DNA of 64,000 bases from Bradymonadia bacterium (GTDB lineage: Bacteria > Myxococcota_A > Bradymonadia > UBA7976 > UBA1532), in assembly GCA_046290225.1 (NCBI GenBank), contig JBKAGE010000074.1, positions 1-64,000 on the forward strand, in the 5' to 3' direction. This document shows, one piece after another, positions 19,506 to 29,657 of the stretch. The first letter of the stretch is position 1; every line of letters begins with the position of its first letter. The position numbers and the translations under genes were made by a program. A model generated the notes under the pieces. It saw nothing but the letters and a program-made list of their open reading frames with translations. It had not been told where the DNA came from and made no database searches.

Positions 19506-20843
19506 TCAGATCGGCAGGCAACTCTCCCAGGCGAGGCGTTCTACCCCTTCTTTGCCCTTGAAGCTGCCGCTCCTGATGCGCACCCGAGACTCGGGGTGCA
19601 CCACGAATGTCGGGAATCGCCGAGGTCCACACCGTTTTGCGTTCTCGTCACCGCCGCTGCGTTCGATGCGATTGCCCGTGAACGTCACCTTGCGCATCAC
19701 CCCGACGTTGACGCCCACTTTGGCCCGACGGACGAGGTTCTTGTGGAACCGCCCGCCTTGGTACACCCGCGCATTACGCGTCCAGGGTTTGCTGCCGAGC
19801 TGCATACCGAAGAGGCAGGCTTTCATGGGGCCGCAGTCGATCTGGTTGTGTTCGAATCGAGAGCCCGTGAAGTCACCAGAGCCACCCCACGAATGCAGCA
19901 TCAGCGCTGCGAAAGACCGGTACGACCAGCGACGTGTGTGCGTGATGCGATTGTGATGGAACACACAATCGGTGCACTCGGCCACGATCAAGTCGACGTC
20001 GGTGTTGTCGCTTACGAAGTTGCCTCGGAACACCAGCCCCACATGGCCGCCGTGCACTGTGACGCCATCGGCCCACATATTCGGAGTGTCATGGGTGCCA
20101 TTGCGGCGAATGCGGTTGTGTTCAATGACTTTGCCGTAGGGATTGCTCGTGCCATCGTAGATGAGCAGCCCGGTACCACACAGCGCGTTTCGGCTCTCAG
20201 TGTTCGACAATCGGCTGTCCCCACCGGCCATACGGATGTTGTGGCCGAAGCTGTTGCGGCCGCGTCGGCAGCTCTGGCCTGCCTCAGTGTTTCGCCGGGC
20301 CTTGCGGCTTCCATCAACGATGAGGTGATCGACTACGACACCGTCGGCGTTCATGCGGAAGAAGCCGTTCTCGGCGGTGTTGAGTGTAGGTAGGGCCTTG
20401 ATGATGGTGCACGGCGGGCCGTTGCGGCGGCCACAGGCAGGCATCGACTCGTCAGTGCCTGCGGTGCGCACGATGATCGGGTGGTTGATGTCAACAGCGT
20501 TGCCGACCCACAACGTGCCTGGAGGCAGCTCAAGGGTGCCGCCGGAGGGCGTCTCGTTGATACAGGCGTTGAGGGCCGCGGCCACGTCGACCTTCTGGTT
20601 TACCAAGGTCCATATTTGATCGCACTGGGCGGGGGCGATGGGCACCGACAGCGTTTGGGCGTCAAGTTCGGTGAGCTCTTCAGGCAGGGGCTCGTCTGTC
20701 TTTTCATCTGCGATGTCCGAGTCGTCCCAAGCCTGCTGGGGCGGCGGCTGGAGTGGGGCGTCAGGGCTGGTGAGTTGACCTTCGCCGCAGGCGGTGAGCG
20801 CCATGGCGAGCAACCACGTCAGGCAAGGCAGAGCGATACGCAT
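19506..20843 (-). CDS. Right-handed parallel beta-helix (pectin lyase-like) lipoprotein
   Basis: Lipobox LTAC, GTLELPPG, repeated N.I..N / DGVT motifs; GAGG upstream. Confidence 0.8.
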   Translation of the reverse strand: MRIALPCLTWLLAMALTACGEGQLTSPDAPLQPPPQQAWDDSDIADEKTDEPLPEELTELDAQTLSVPIAPAQCDQIWTLVNQKVDVAAALNACINETPSGGTLELPPGTLWVGNAVDINHPIIVRTAGTDESMPACGRRNGPPCTIIKALPTLNTAENGFFRMNADGVVVDHLIVDGSRKARRNTEAGQSCRRGRNSFGHNIRMAGGDSRLSNTESRNALCGTGLLIYDGTSNPYGKVIEHNRIRRNGTHDTPNMWADGVTVHGGHVGLVFRGNFVSDNTDVDLIVAECTDCVFHHNRITHTRRWSYRSFAALMLHSWGGSGDFTGSRFEHNQIDCGPMKACLFGMQLGSKPWTRNARVYQGGRFHKNLVRRAKVGVNVGVMRKVTFTGNRIERSGGDENAKRCGPRRFPTFVVHPESRVRIRSGSFKGKEGVERLAWESCLPI

Positions 20844-20916
20844 ACGACATCCTCGAGTGGGGTGCCGATGGGTATAAATTTAAATCTACTCGTGAGTCAA
20901 TAAGCTTTGGGCAGGC

Positions 20917-21570
20917 TCAGCCGTGGAGTACAGCTTCTGCTGTCTCGGCGGAGAGGATACGCTCAAGGGAGCGGTCGAGCGTCTCGATGTCTGCGGTGTC
21001 GATGAAGGCTTCGTGTGCTTCGGTGAGGGTTTGGAACTTGAGTCGCATCTGCGTCTTGAGCGTCTGCCTCGCCTTTGTGAGCGCTGCTGATGCTGCTTTT
21101 GCCTCCACCTCTGCCTTCACTTGCGCCTCTGCCTCTGCTTTGAGCCGCGCCCTGAACTCGAGAATATTGGCCATCACCTCTGAGAACATTTCAGATTGTG
21201 GCTCATAGTCTTTGAAGATGGACATATCTGCGAACACCCTCCTCGCAGCCCGGTTGAGCCGCATCAACGCCATGTCAGTGTAGAGTTTGAGCTTGTCTTC
21301 GTCGAGCGTGCTCACTGTGTGTGCCGCTGCTCTCGCGATGTCTACTGCATGTCTGCCCCGGCCATGGGCGATGACTGACATCAGCAACATCTCGGGGTTC
21401 GCCACCGCGACGTCTGGATCAGTCACGACTGGCAACTCTGAGGGGCCGATCACGATGGGCGTGACGATATTGTGATGCCCCATCTGAATCGGCTGGCGGG
21501 CCCAGCGTGCCACCGCGGCGGAGGGGGTGATGACCACCACCTCGGTGGGACAGTGTCGTATCCTGCGAGG
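20917..21570 (-). pseudogene. 5'-truncated Rpn-like paralogue
   Basis: Reads ..RHCPTEVVVITP.. with an in-frame TGA just upstream and no nuclease N-terminus. C-terminus is highly similar to the 18666 copy. Confidence 0.7.
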
Positions 21571-21627
21571 TGGGCTTACCCTTCACTCACACCGCAGAGG
21601 CGCTGGGCATTCCGTAAATTTGCCGGC

Positions 21628-22269
21628 CTATCCCGCCTTACGAAACGTCAAACACCATCGCCACGGTCCCACCATCGGGTGGTGCCCCGTAGCGATCGGC
21701 CGCACCCCGTGATACGCCAGCCGTGAGGGCCCACCCCAGACCGCCACATCGCCGTGGTGCAGCGGCAGAGACTGCACCGCATCGCGTCGACGCACGCCGC
21801 CGAATACGAACGTCGCCGTGATCCCCAGCGACACCGACACCACCGGGTGATCGTGGCTGCGCTCGTCTTTGTCTTGATGCATGCCCAGTCGGCTCCCCGG
21901 CGGATAGCGATTCACGAGACAGACATCCGGCTCGAAACATGTGTACCCCGCCTCCGAAGCTGCTCGCTGAGCCAGGTCGAGCCAGTGCGCGGGTATTGGT
22001 GGCCAGGGGGCGCCTGTCATCGGATCAATGGGCGAGTATCGATACCCTGATGCATCCGAGGTCCAGCCCAGCGCGCCACAGTTCGTCAACGACGCTGACA
22101 TTTGCAGCCCGCCGGGGGTCGACATTTGACGAGGTGGTGAGATCGCCCCCAGTCGAGTCACGTCATCGAGCAGGGTGGGCGCGAGATCGAGAGCATAGCC
22201 TCTCAGGAGCAGAGCGCCCTCGGCGAAGGCCTCACGGGGCGGGGGCGGGATCAGGTGCAGCTGGGTCAT
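21628..22269 (-). CDS. alkB: DNA oxidative demethylase AlkB
   Basis: TNCGALGW.SD..GYRY, CLVNRY, HQDKDE, VSVSLG, GGPSRLAYHG, LTFRKA. Confidence 0.93.
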   Translation of the reverse strand: MTQLHLIPPPPREAFAEGALLLRGYALDLAPTLLDDVTRLGAISPPRQMSTPGGLQMSASLTNCGALGWTSDASGYRYSPIDPMTGAPWPPIPAHWLDLAQRAASEAGYTCFEPDVCLVNRYPPGSRLGMHQDKDERSHDHPVVSVSLGITATFVFGGVRRRDAVQSLPLHHGDVAVWGGPSRLAYHGVRPIATGHHPMVGPWRWCLTFRKAG

Positions 22270-25200
22270 GGTCCGAGTTGTCCGAGTCCTTTGGCGTCTT
22301 CGCCGGTGCAGGGCCCAGGAGCCGCTGCGAGACCGAGTCAAAGGCCGAATACATCACCGGCACGATCACCAGCGTCAGGAACGTCGCGAAGGTCAGCCCG
22401 CTGATGATGGTGGTGCCCATGGGGCCCCAGAACTGGGTGTTCGCCGAGCCGATGCGGAAGTCTGGATCCCCCACCGTCAGCAGCCCCACGAAGTCGATGT
22501 TGATGCCGAAGGTCAGGGGGATCAACCCCAGCACCGTGGTCATCGCCGTGAGCAGCACCGGCCGCAGGCGGGTGGCCCCAGCCTCGACGATGGCGTTCTT
22601 CTTCTGCAGGCCGCGATCGCGCAGCTGCAGCATGTAATCGATGAGCACGATGTTGTTGTTCACCACGATGCCCGCCAGAGAGATCACCCCGATGAAGGTG
22701 AACAGCCCAAAGGGTGTGCGGGTCACCACGAGGCCCAGCAGCACCCCGATCATGCTCAGGCCCACGGCGATCATGATGATCAGCGGGCTGCCCACCGAGT
22801 TGAACTGGGCGATCAGGATGATGAGGATCAATGCCACCCCGATGCCCAGAGCCGTGCTGAGGAAGCCGAAGCTCTTCGCCTGATCTTCGCTCTCGCCGGT
22901 GTACTTCAGGCGGTAGCCCCGAGGCAGCTGCTTCTCGAAGGGGGCCAGCTCTTTTTGCACCTGCGCCAGCAGCATCTGGGCGTTTACCCCCGAGGCGGCG
23001 TTGCCCATGACCGTGACCACGCGCTGGCGATCTTTGCGGGTGATCGACGACAGCCCGCTGTCGGGGCGGGTCTGCGCCACCGAGACCAGCGGGATCCGGG
23101 CCCCGTCGTTGAGCAGTGTCAGGCGCTCGACGGCCTCGAGGCTCGCCCGATCTTCGGGCCTCAGTCGCACCGTGATGTCGAGTTCGTCCTCGCCGTCGCG
23201 CCATGTGCCTGCTTCGACGCCGTTGATGGCCGAGCGGACCGCCGAGGCCACCTGCTGGGTGCTCAGGCCCGCCCAGGCTGCCCGGGCGCGATCGATGTCC
23301 ACGTGCAGCTCCGGGCGCCCGCTCTTGAGCGTATCGCGCAGATCTACGAGGCCCACGATGCGTTTGCCCTTGATGGCAGCGTCGAGCTTCTCTTTCACCT
23401 GCCCCGTGATCTCCACGAGCGTTTCGAAGTCATCACCAGTGATTTCGATGTTCACCGGTGGTCCTGTCGGTGGGCCTTCGGAGTCGCGCTTGAACTCGAT
23501 CGTGGCCCCGGCCATCTGTGCCAGGCGCTCACGGAAGCGGTCCATGGTGATCTTGCTGGCCTCGACGCGGTCCTCGAAGTCCGCGAGGTTCATCGAGATG
23601 GTGGTGGTCTCGGCCCGCACGGCGCCGCCGCCGAACTGGCTGTCGCCGCCCACGCCCACGCTCACCAGCACGTTCTTGGTGTTGCCCTTGCTGCCAGCGT
23701 CTTCAGCGAGCAGGGCGTCGAGGCGCTCAGTCACCTGTTGTGACAGCGCACCGCTCGCCTCCACGTGGGTGCCCAGAGGCGCATCGACGATGATCTGCAC
23801 CTGGTTCGGGTCAGTCTCTGGGAAGAACGCCGTGCCTGTGGGGGCGATGACATAGAGCCCCATGATGGCCACCAGCCCGCCGAGGGTGGTGTTGAGCAGT
23901 CGAGCGCGGTTGTCGGTCAAGATGACGCGCTTGAAGAAGAAGCGCAGCGGCCAGCCCGCGAGGCCCAACACCACGACAGCCCCAGGCAGGGCCATGAGTC
24001 GCATGATGATCTCGCGATCTGGGGGGCTCTCGCCGAGGAACATGCCCCCGAGGATGCTGCCCATGACCACAGCGAGGGCGAGGCCGGCCTTGATGGTGCC
24101 CCAGCCACCGAGCATCACCACTTCAAGGGTGTGCAGCACTACGCCGAGCCCGCCAAGGGCCGCGAGGGCGCCGGCGGGGTAGAGGAATACCTGCCCGGCC
24201 TTGGGGCCCAGAGCCCCTTGCACGACGCCGCCGAGGATGGCCAGCAGCACACCGACGCTGAGAGCGCCCAGGGCAAAGCTGTTTCGCCAGGCCCGTCCCC
24301 GGGCCTTCAGATCGCGGTCGAGCATCGTCTCCAGGAACCGGCGGTACACCCGGACCATGGCAGGCAACAACACACCGCTGAACCATTTGGCCAGATGGCG
24401 CATGACCAGCATGTGGGCGATCCAGCTGCCGACGACGATGAGGGCGAGCACCCGGAACATGACCGGGTGGGTGAGCCCGAGGCCCGCAGCGAGGCCCGCG
24501 AGGAGCAGACCGCCGACGATCTTGGGCCAACGGCGGGGATTTTCAGGTTGCTGGCCTGGCAGCCGGCCGAAGTAGCCCGTGAGTACAGGGTTGATGACGA
24601 TGGCCACGAAGAGCGAGCAGGCCAGGGTGATGATCAGCGTGAGCGGCATGAAGCTCATGAACTCGCCGATGATGCCCGGCCAGAAGAGCATTGGGGCGAA
24701 GGCGGCGAGGGTGGTGGCGGTGCTCGCCACCACGGCGATCCCCACCTCGGCGGTGCCTTTCTGCGCCGCCTCGAAGGGGGAGTGCCCTTCTTCGAGGAAT
24801 CGGTAGATGTTCTCGACGATGACCACGGCGTTGTCGACGAGCATGCCCAGGGCGATGATCAGGCTGAAGAGGATGATGAAGTTCAGGGTCTCGCCCATGA
24901 CCATCATCACCAGGAAGGTGGTGAACATCGACAGCGGGATCGCCACCCCCACCAGCAGGCTGTTGCGCACCCCCAGGAAGAACAGCAGCACCGCCACCAC
25001 GAAGATCAGGCCGCTGATGATGTTGTTCTCGAGATCTTTGACGAGGGCTTTGACCTGCTTCGACTGATCACCCGTGATCAGGACCGAGGTGCCCTTGGGC
25101 ATGGTGCTGGCGTCGATGGCCGCCCGCACGGCCTCGGCGGCCTCGAGGATGTTCTCCCCCGACCGCTTCTTCACCGAGAGCGACACCACCTGGCGATAGC

Positions 25201-26071
25201 GGCCGTCGTCCACTTGCACGAGGGCGTCGTCCACCTCGCGTTGGAGCACGCGCAGCCGGGAGTAGCTTGTGCGCTTCTTGTAGCCGCGGACCACCTCGGC
25301 GACATCCCGCACATAGATGGGCCCAGCATTTTCAGGGGTCTTGACGATGAGATCGGCGATCTCGAGTGGGTCGTCGAACTGGCCGTCGACCCGGACGAGG
25401 TAGTTCCGTGGGCCCACGTCGATGCCGCCGCCGGGCAGGTTCACGTTCTCGCGTTGAATGGCCCCCACCACGTCGTCGAAGCTGAGCTTGTAGCCCTGCA
25501 GTCGGGCGAGATCGACGTCGATCTGCACCTCTTCGGTGAGACCCCCGATGAGATCCACCTCCAAGATCGAGGGGATCGCCTCGATGCGATCTTCCAGCGA
25601 CTCGGCGACGGCCTTCAGCTCCGCGAGCGGATAATCCGCGGCGAGGTTGACCACCATGATGGGGAACTCGGAGAAGTCGATCTCGTTGACCAGGGGCTCT
25701 TCGGCGTCTGGTGGCAGCTCTGCTTTGGCGATGCCCACCTTGTCTCTGACCTGCTGCAGGGCTTCGTTCATCTCCACGTCGGGGGTGAACTCCACCACCA
25801 CCGTGGACACGCCTTCTGTAGAGGTCGAGCGGATCTCCTCGATGCCGTTGATGGCCACGAGCTCCTGCTCGATGGGCTGAGTGAGCAGGCTCTCCACGTC
25901 ATCAGGCCCCGCGCCGGGGTAGACGGTGGTCACCACGATGTTCGGGATCTCGATGGAGGGGTTCGACTCTTTGGGCAGCCCCACGTAGGCCCCGAGACCA
26001 CCGATGGTGAGGGCCAACGTGAAGACCATCACCGCCGTCCGCAGATTGATCGCGGTGTCGGTGATCTTCAC
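22232..26071 (-). CDS. RND (AcrB/D/F family) efflux permease with extra membrane segment
   Basis: GMLVDNAVVIVENI, GIVVNNNIVLID, RLRPVLLTAMTT; 1279 aa. Confidence 0.95.
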   Translation of the reverse strand: MKITDTAINLRTAVMVFTLALTIGGLGAYVGLPKESNPSIEIPNIVVTTVYPGAGPDDVESLLTQPIEQELVAINGIEEIRSTSTEGVSTVVVEFTPDVEMNEALQQVRDKVGIAKAELPPDAEEPLVNEIDFSEFPIMVVNLAADYPLAELKAVAESLEDRIEAIPSILEVDLIGGLTEEVQIDVDLARLQGYKLSFDDVVGAIQRENVNLPGGGIDVGPRNYLVRVDGQFDDPLEIADLIVKTPENAGPIYVRDVAEVVRGYKKRTSYSRLRVLQREVDDALVQVDDGRYRQVVSLSVKKRSGENILEAAEAVRAAIDASTMPKGTSVLITGDQSKQVKALVKDLENNIISGLIFVVAVLLFFLGVRNSLLVGVAIPLSMFTTFLVMMVMGETLNFIILFSLIIALGMLVDNAVVIVENIYRFLEEGHSPFEAAQKGTAEVGIAVVASTATTLAAFAPMLFWPGIIGEFMSFMPLTLIITLACSLFVAIVINPVLTGYFGRLPGQQPENPRRWPKIVGGLLLAGLAAGLGLTHPVMFRVLALIVVGSWIAHMLVMRHLAKWFSGVLLPAMVRVYRRFLETMLDRDLKARGRAWRNSFALGALSVGVLLAILGGVVQGALGPKAGQVFLYPAGALAALGGLGVVLHTLEVVMLGGWGTIKAGLALAVVMGSILGGMFLGESPPDREIIMRLMALPGAVVVLGLAGWPLRFFFKRVILTDNRARLLNTTLGGLVAIMGLYVIAPTGTAFFPETDPNQVQIIVDAPLGTHVEASGALSQQVTERLDALLAEDAGSKGNTKNVLVSVGVGGDSQFGGGAVRAETTTISMNLADFEDRVEASKITMDRFRERLAQMAGATIEFKRDSEGPPTGPPVNIEITGDDFETLVEITGQVKEKLDAAIKGKRIVGLVDLRDTLKSGRPELHVDIDRARAAWAGLSTQQVASAVRSAINGVEAGTWRDGEDELDITVRLRPEDRASLEAVERLTLLNDGARIPLVSVAQTRPDSGLSSITRKDRQRVVTVMGNAASGVNAQMLLAQVQKELAPFEKQLPRGYRLKYTGESEDQAKSFGFLSTALGIGVALILIILIAQFNSVGSPLIIMIAVGLSMIGVLLGLVVTRTPFGLFTFIGVISLAGIVVNNNIVLIDYMLQLRDRGLQKKNAIVEAGATRLRPVLLTAMTTVLGLIPLTFGINIDFVGLLTVGDPDFRIGSANTQFWGPMGTTIISGLTFATFLTLVIVPVMYSAFDSVSQRLLGPAPAKTPKDSDNSDHDPAAPDPAPAP

Positions 26072-27216
26072 GGGGCGCCTCCTTCTTTCTGAGAGGACTC
26101 GATCTCCAGGAGATCACCACCTGAGAGGCTGGCCTGCCCCTTCACGACGACGCGGTCGCCCGGGGAGAGCCCCTCGGCGATCACCACACGACCGTCACCA
26201 CGGGGGCCCAGCTTGACGTCGACGCGTTTGGCCATGGGTGACTTGCCATCTTCGACGATGAACAGGCTCTGTCCGCGCTCATGGCGGATCAGGGCGCTGG
26301 CGGGCACCACGAGGGCGTCGTCGATGCGGCTCCGGGTGAGGTGCATGCGGGCCACCATCTGGGGCTTGAGCCGCCCCTCGGGGTTGCTCACCTTCACCTC
26401 AACAGGGAACGTGCGATCCGCTGCATCCACAGTGCGGCCCACGAAGCTCACCTTGCCGGTGATCTCTGGCAGCCCGTAGGCGCTGAATGACACCGAGGTG
26501 GGGGCGCCGATGGCGATGTCGGCGGCATAACGCTCAGGCACCCCGGCGATGATCTTCACCTCGCCCACGTCGACGAGCCGCACCACGGGCTGCCCAGGGG
26601 AGACCTGCTCACCCACCTCGACGAATCGTTGCTCCACGGTGCCAGTGAAGGGGGCCAGTAGACGGGTGTCTCTGATTTGTGCCTTCGCCTGCTGCACCTG
26701 AGCCTCGGCTTGAGCCACGGCGGCCTCTGCCTGGGCGAGGCGGCTGGTGATGCCTTCGAATTCGAGGGCGCTGATGATCTGGGCGTCGAGCAGAGGCTTC
26801 TGTCGTCGATGATCGGCCCGGGCGAGGTTGCGTACGGCCTTGGCGCTGCGCAGCGCCGCCTCGGTCTGGGTGAGGGTGGCCCGGGCGAGGTCTGCCTCCA
26901 GGATGGCTACGGGCTTGCGGGCCTGCACCAGCTCACCCCGCTCTGGCAACCGAATGACGGTGCCCAACGTCTCGGCGGAGAGGGTGGCGTCTCGTGGCGT
27001 CTCCACTGTTGCCGGCAGCTCGACCTTCTCCTCGAAGAGCTGCGGGGTCATCGACAGGACCTCGACAGGTTTGGGCGCCTGGACGGCCGCATCGACCTGG
27101 GTGTCCGCTGCAGGGGCATCGGCTTTGGGATCGCCTTGAGCGTCACCATCTTTGGGTGGCTCGCAGGCCAGACAGAGGCCCGCCAGCGTCAGGGCGGTCA
27201 GGGTGTTGATCTTCAT
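26068..27216 (-). CDS. RND periplasmic adaptor (MFP) lipoprotein
   Basis: Lipobox CLAC, APFTG.V..VEVGE.V, RTFPVEV..N..G.LKP.M, GL..GDRVV. Confidence 0.93.
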   Translation of the reverse strand: MKINTLTALTLAGLCLACEPPKDGDAQGDPKADAPAADTQVDAAVQAPKPVEVLSMTPQLFEEKVELPATVETPRDATLSAETLGTVIRLPERGELVQARKPVAILEADLARATLTQTEAALRSAKAVRNLARADHRRQKPLLDAQIISALEFEGITSRLAQAEAAVAQAEAQVQQAKAQIRDTRLLAPFTGTVEQRFVEVGEQVSPGQPVVRLVDVGEVKIIAGVPERYAADIAIGAPTSVSFSAYGLPEITGKVSFVGRTVDAADRTFPVEVKVSNPEGRLKPQMVARMHLTRSRIDDALVVPASALIRHERGQSLFIVEDGKSPMAKRVDVKLGPRGDGRVVIAEGLSPGDRVVVKGQASLSGGDLLEIESSQKEGGAP

Positions 27217-28874
27217 GGGGTGCCTCTGGTGTTCAGATGAGGGGGCTGGCCGGTGGCCACGAGGAAGGCCAGCTGCGCCACGCGGTGATCGTGGACGGCT
27301 TGCAGGCGGTTCAGGCGCGCCTGATCAAGCTGCTCCGAGGCCGCTCTCAGTTCGATTTGGGACGACACGCCCTCTTTCACCCGGACCCGGGCGTGGGCGT
27401 AATTGAGGGCGGCCTGACCGACATTGCGGGCCTGGGCTTTCATACGGGCTTTTGCTTCGGCGAGGGCGCGGTGGGCACCGGCGACCTCCACGCGAACGCC
27501 GGCGGTGACCTGCTCGTACTGCACCTGCGTGCGCCGGACCGCGAGGGTCTGCTGCTCGACTCGGGCGGTGGTGGCGAAGCCGTCGAAGATGTTCCAGCTG
27601 AGGGTGATGCCGGCACTTACGGTGGGGAACCAGTAGTCCCCGGAGAAGAACGAGACGTCTTCCTGTCGAAAGCTGAAGGGGTCGTCCGGATCTGACACTA
27701 CGCGGGTGCGATCATCGGGGACCTGCCCCACATAGCCACCCTGAACGAAGGCCTCGACTCTCGGTCCGAAGTCGGAGCGGGCGGCCTCTCGCAGGATGCC
27801 CTGATACTTCAGCGTGAGGCGCAACTGAGCCACGTCAGGCCGCTTCTCCAAGGCGTCGTCGATGGCCCGATCGAGATCGGGCAGCGGCGTGTCGTCTTCA
27901 GTGGCCTCAGGGGCCTCGGGCACCTCGGCGGAGGCGAGGTCGATGGTCTCGTCATCGGGGGCTGGAGGCGCGAGCTGCTCGGTGAGCGTCAGAGTCCGGG
28001 CCGTGGGCAGCGCCAGGGCCAGCCGCAGGGCGTCTTCTGCTTGCCCCACCTGGTTGCTCGCCTGCAGGCGTCGTGTCTCGAGGTTGGTCAGCTCCACCTC
28101 GGCGGTGAGCAGATGAAACTTCGGCGCCACGCCCCGATCGACGCGCTTCTTCGCCTCGTCGACGGCGGCGCGGGCGCGCTCGACGCTCCGAGCGAGCACG
28201 GATTCACCGGCCTGGGCGAGGAGCACGCCGTAGTATGCCTGCCCCACCTCGGAGACCACCTGATGGGCGCGCTGACGTACGCCCTCTGCGCTTTGCCCTT
28301 CGAACACCCGCGCCCCCTCGATGGCGTCGAAGGTGCCGCCGTTGTAGAGCAGCTGGTTCACGGTGATGCTGGCGTTGAACTGGTTGGGCACGAAGAAGGG
28401 GTTGCCGCCGCTGTTGTCTTCGATGCCCGCAGCAGCCCGCCCTGCTGCCTGACGCTCGAAGAACTCGCCAATGGGGATGGGGTTGGTGTTCGGATCGTCA
28501 TCGGTCCGGGCGGCCTCGTTGAAGGCGAGCCAGTCGATGGCGCCGAGGCCGCCGAAGAGCCCCCCGGCGTTTGAGCCGGCGAAGGGGTTGGCGGCTTCGA
28601 AGTTTCGGGTGTAGCCAGCGTTGAGGTTCACCGAGGGGTACACGCTGCCCCAGACCTCGTCGACCTGAGCTTCAGCAGTCTCGAGGCTGAGACGGGATTG
28701 CCGCAATGCGTAGTCCTGCGCCAACGCCAGCTCGATGGCCTCGGCAAGCGAGAGGCTGATGGATTGCTCTGTGGCCTGCGCTTTGACCTGTGTTGGGCGT
28801 TGAGCGAGGGCCATTCCGCCCGGCAGGCTGCTCAGGCTCACGAGCACACAGAAGCCCGGGAGAACGATGCGCAT
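27213..28874 (-). CDS. TolC-family outer-membrane efflux protein
   Basis: LSLAEAIELAL, two OEP repeats, LSWNIFDG; start coupled to the TetR stop (TGATG). Confidence 0.9.
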   Translation of the reverse strand: MRIVLPGFCVLVSLSSLPGGMALAQRPTQVKAQATEQSISLSLAEAIELALAQDYALRQSRLSLETAEAQVDEVWGSVYPSVNLNAGYTRNFEAANPFAGSNAGGLFGGLGAIDWLAFNEAARTDDDPNTNPIPIGEFFERQAAGRAAAGIEDNSGGNPFFVPNQFNASITVNQLLYNGGTFDAIEGARVFEGQSAEGVRQRAHQVVSEVGQAYYGVLLAQAGESVLARSVERARAAVDEAKKRVDRGVAPKFHLLTAEVELTNLETRRLQASNQVGQAEDALRLALALPTARTLTLTEQLAPPAPDDETIDLASAEVPEAPEATEDDTPLPDLDRAIDDALEKRPDVAQLRLTLKYQGILREAARSDFGPRVEAFVQGGYVGQVPDDRTRVVSDPDDPFSFRQEDVSFFSGDYWFPTVSAGITLSWNIFDGFATTARVEQQTLAVRRTQVQYEQVTAGVRVEVAGAHRALAEAKARMKAQARNVGQAALNYAHARVRVKEGVSSQIELRAASEQLDQARLNRLQAVHDHRVAQLAFLVATGQPPHLNTRGTP

Positions 28875-29464
28875 CACTCGATCTCTCCACGTATGCCGTT
28901 GAAGAAGACGCGCACGGTATAACCAGCCATCTCCACCAGCGGGGTGTTCGGGGTGTGGTGCAGCCACCGCATGAAGACCCCGGCGCCGATGCCCCACAAG
29001 GTCCACGCAGCGAGGGCGGGATCGAGATCACCGATGGCCCCACGATCAGGGTGCTCACCGAAGAGGGTGATCATGCGATCGACGAACAGGCGCTCGGCGT
29101 TCATGGTCTCGTCCTGAACAGCCTCGGGCAGAGTGCTCAGCAGTCGGATGGCGGCGTTGTTCTCTTCGAGCCACGTGTAGATGCGCAGATGCAGCAATTC
29201 GAGGTGCTGACTGAGGGAGAGGCCGCTGGGCACAGGGGCATCGAAGACCGCGAAGCTTTCGGTGATGATCCGCTGCATGAGCTGGTCGAGGATGGCCTGC
29301 TTGTTCTTGAAGTGGCTGTAGAGGGTGGGCACGGTGTACCCGGCAGCCTCGGCGATCTGTTGCATGGTGGTGCCCCGATAGCCGCCCTTGACGAAGGCCA
29401 CGGTGGCTGCGTCGAGGATGGCCTCCCGCGTGGGGCTGTGCTCGGGGGTTTTGTGTGGAGACAT
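28874..29464 (-). CDS. TetR/AcrR family regulator
   Basis: ILDAA..F..GY..TTMQQIAEAAG.TVPTLYSHFKNK; first gene of the efflux operon. Confidence 0.93.
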   Translation of the reverse strand: MSPHKTPEHSPTREAILDAATVAFVKGGYRGTTMQQIAEAAGYTVPTLYSHFKNKQAILDQLMQRIITESFAVFDAPVPSGLSLSQHLELLHLRIYTWLEENNAAIRLLSTLPEAVQDETMNAERLFVDRMITLFGEHPDRGAIGDLDPALAAWTLWGIGAGVFMRWLHHTPNTPLVEMAGYTVRVFFNGIRGEIE

Positions 29465-29657
29465 GTCAGGTTGCTCGCCGGTAATGGTTGGATTTAGTCG
29501 GCGTTAAAGTTGGCGAGTTGTGTGAGGGTGTCAAGCGGTCGCTTGGACGATGAGCTGTTCACCGTGTTGGGGGGCGGCTCACGAGACGCCAGCTCTGATG
29601 ACATCTGGCTGTGCCCCTTATACGCTGCGGGTCGAATGACACGGGCAAGGAGACGCT

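Noticed and set aside
22268..26092. Plus-strand ORFs of 491 and 775 aa
   Set aside because: Antisense to the RND permease.
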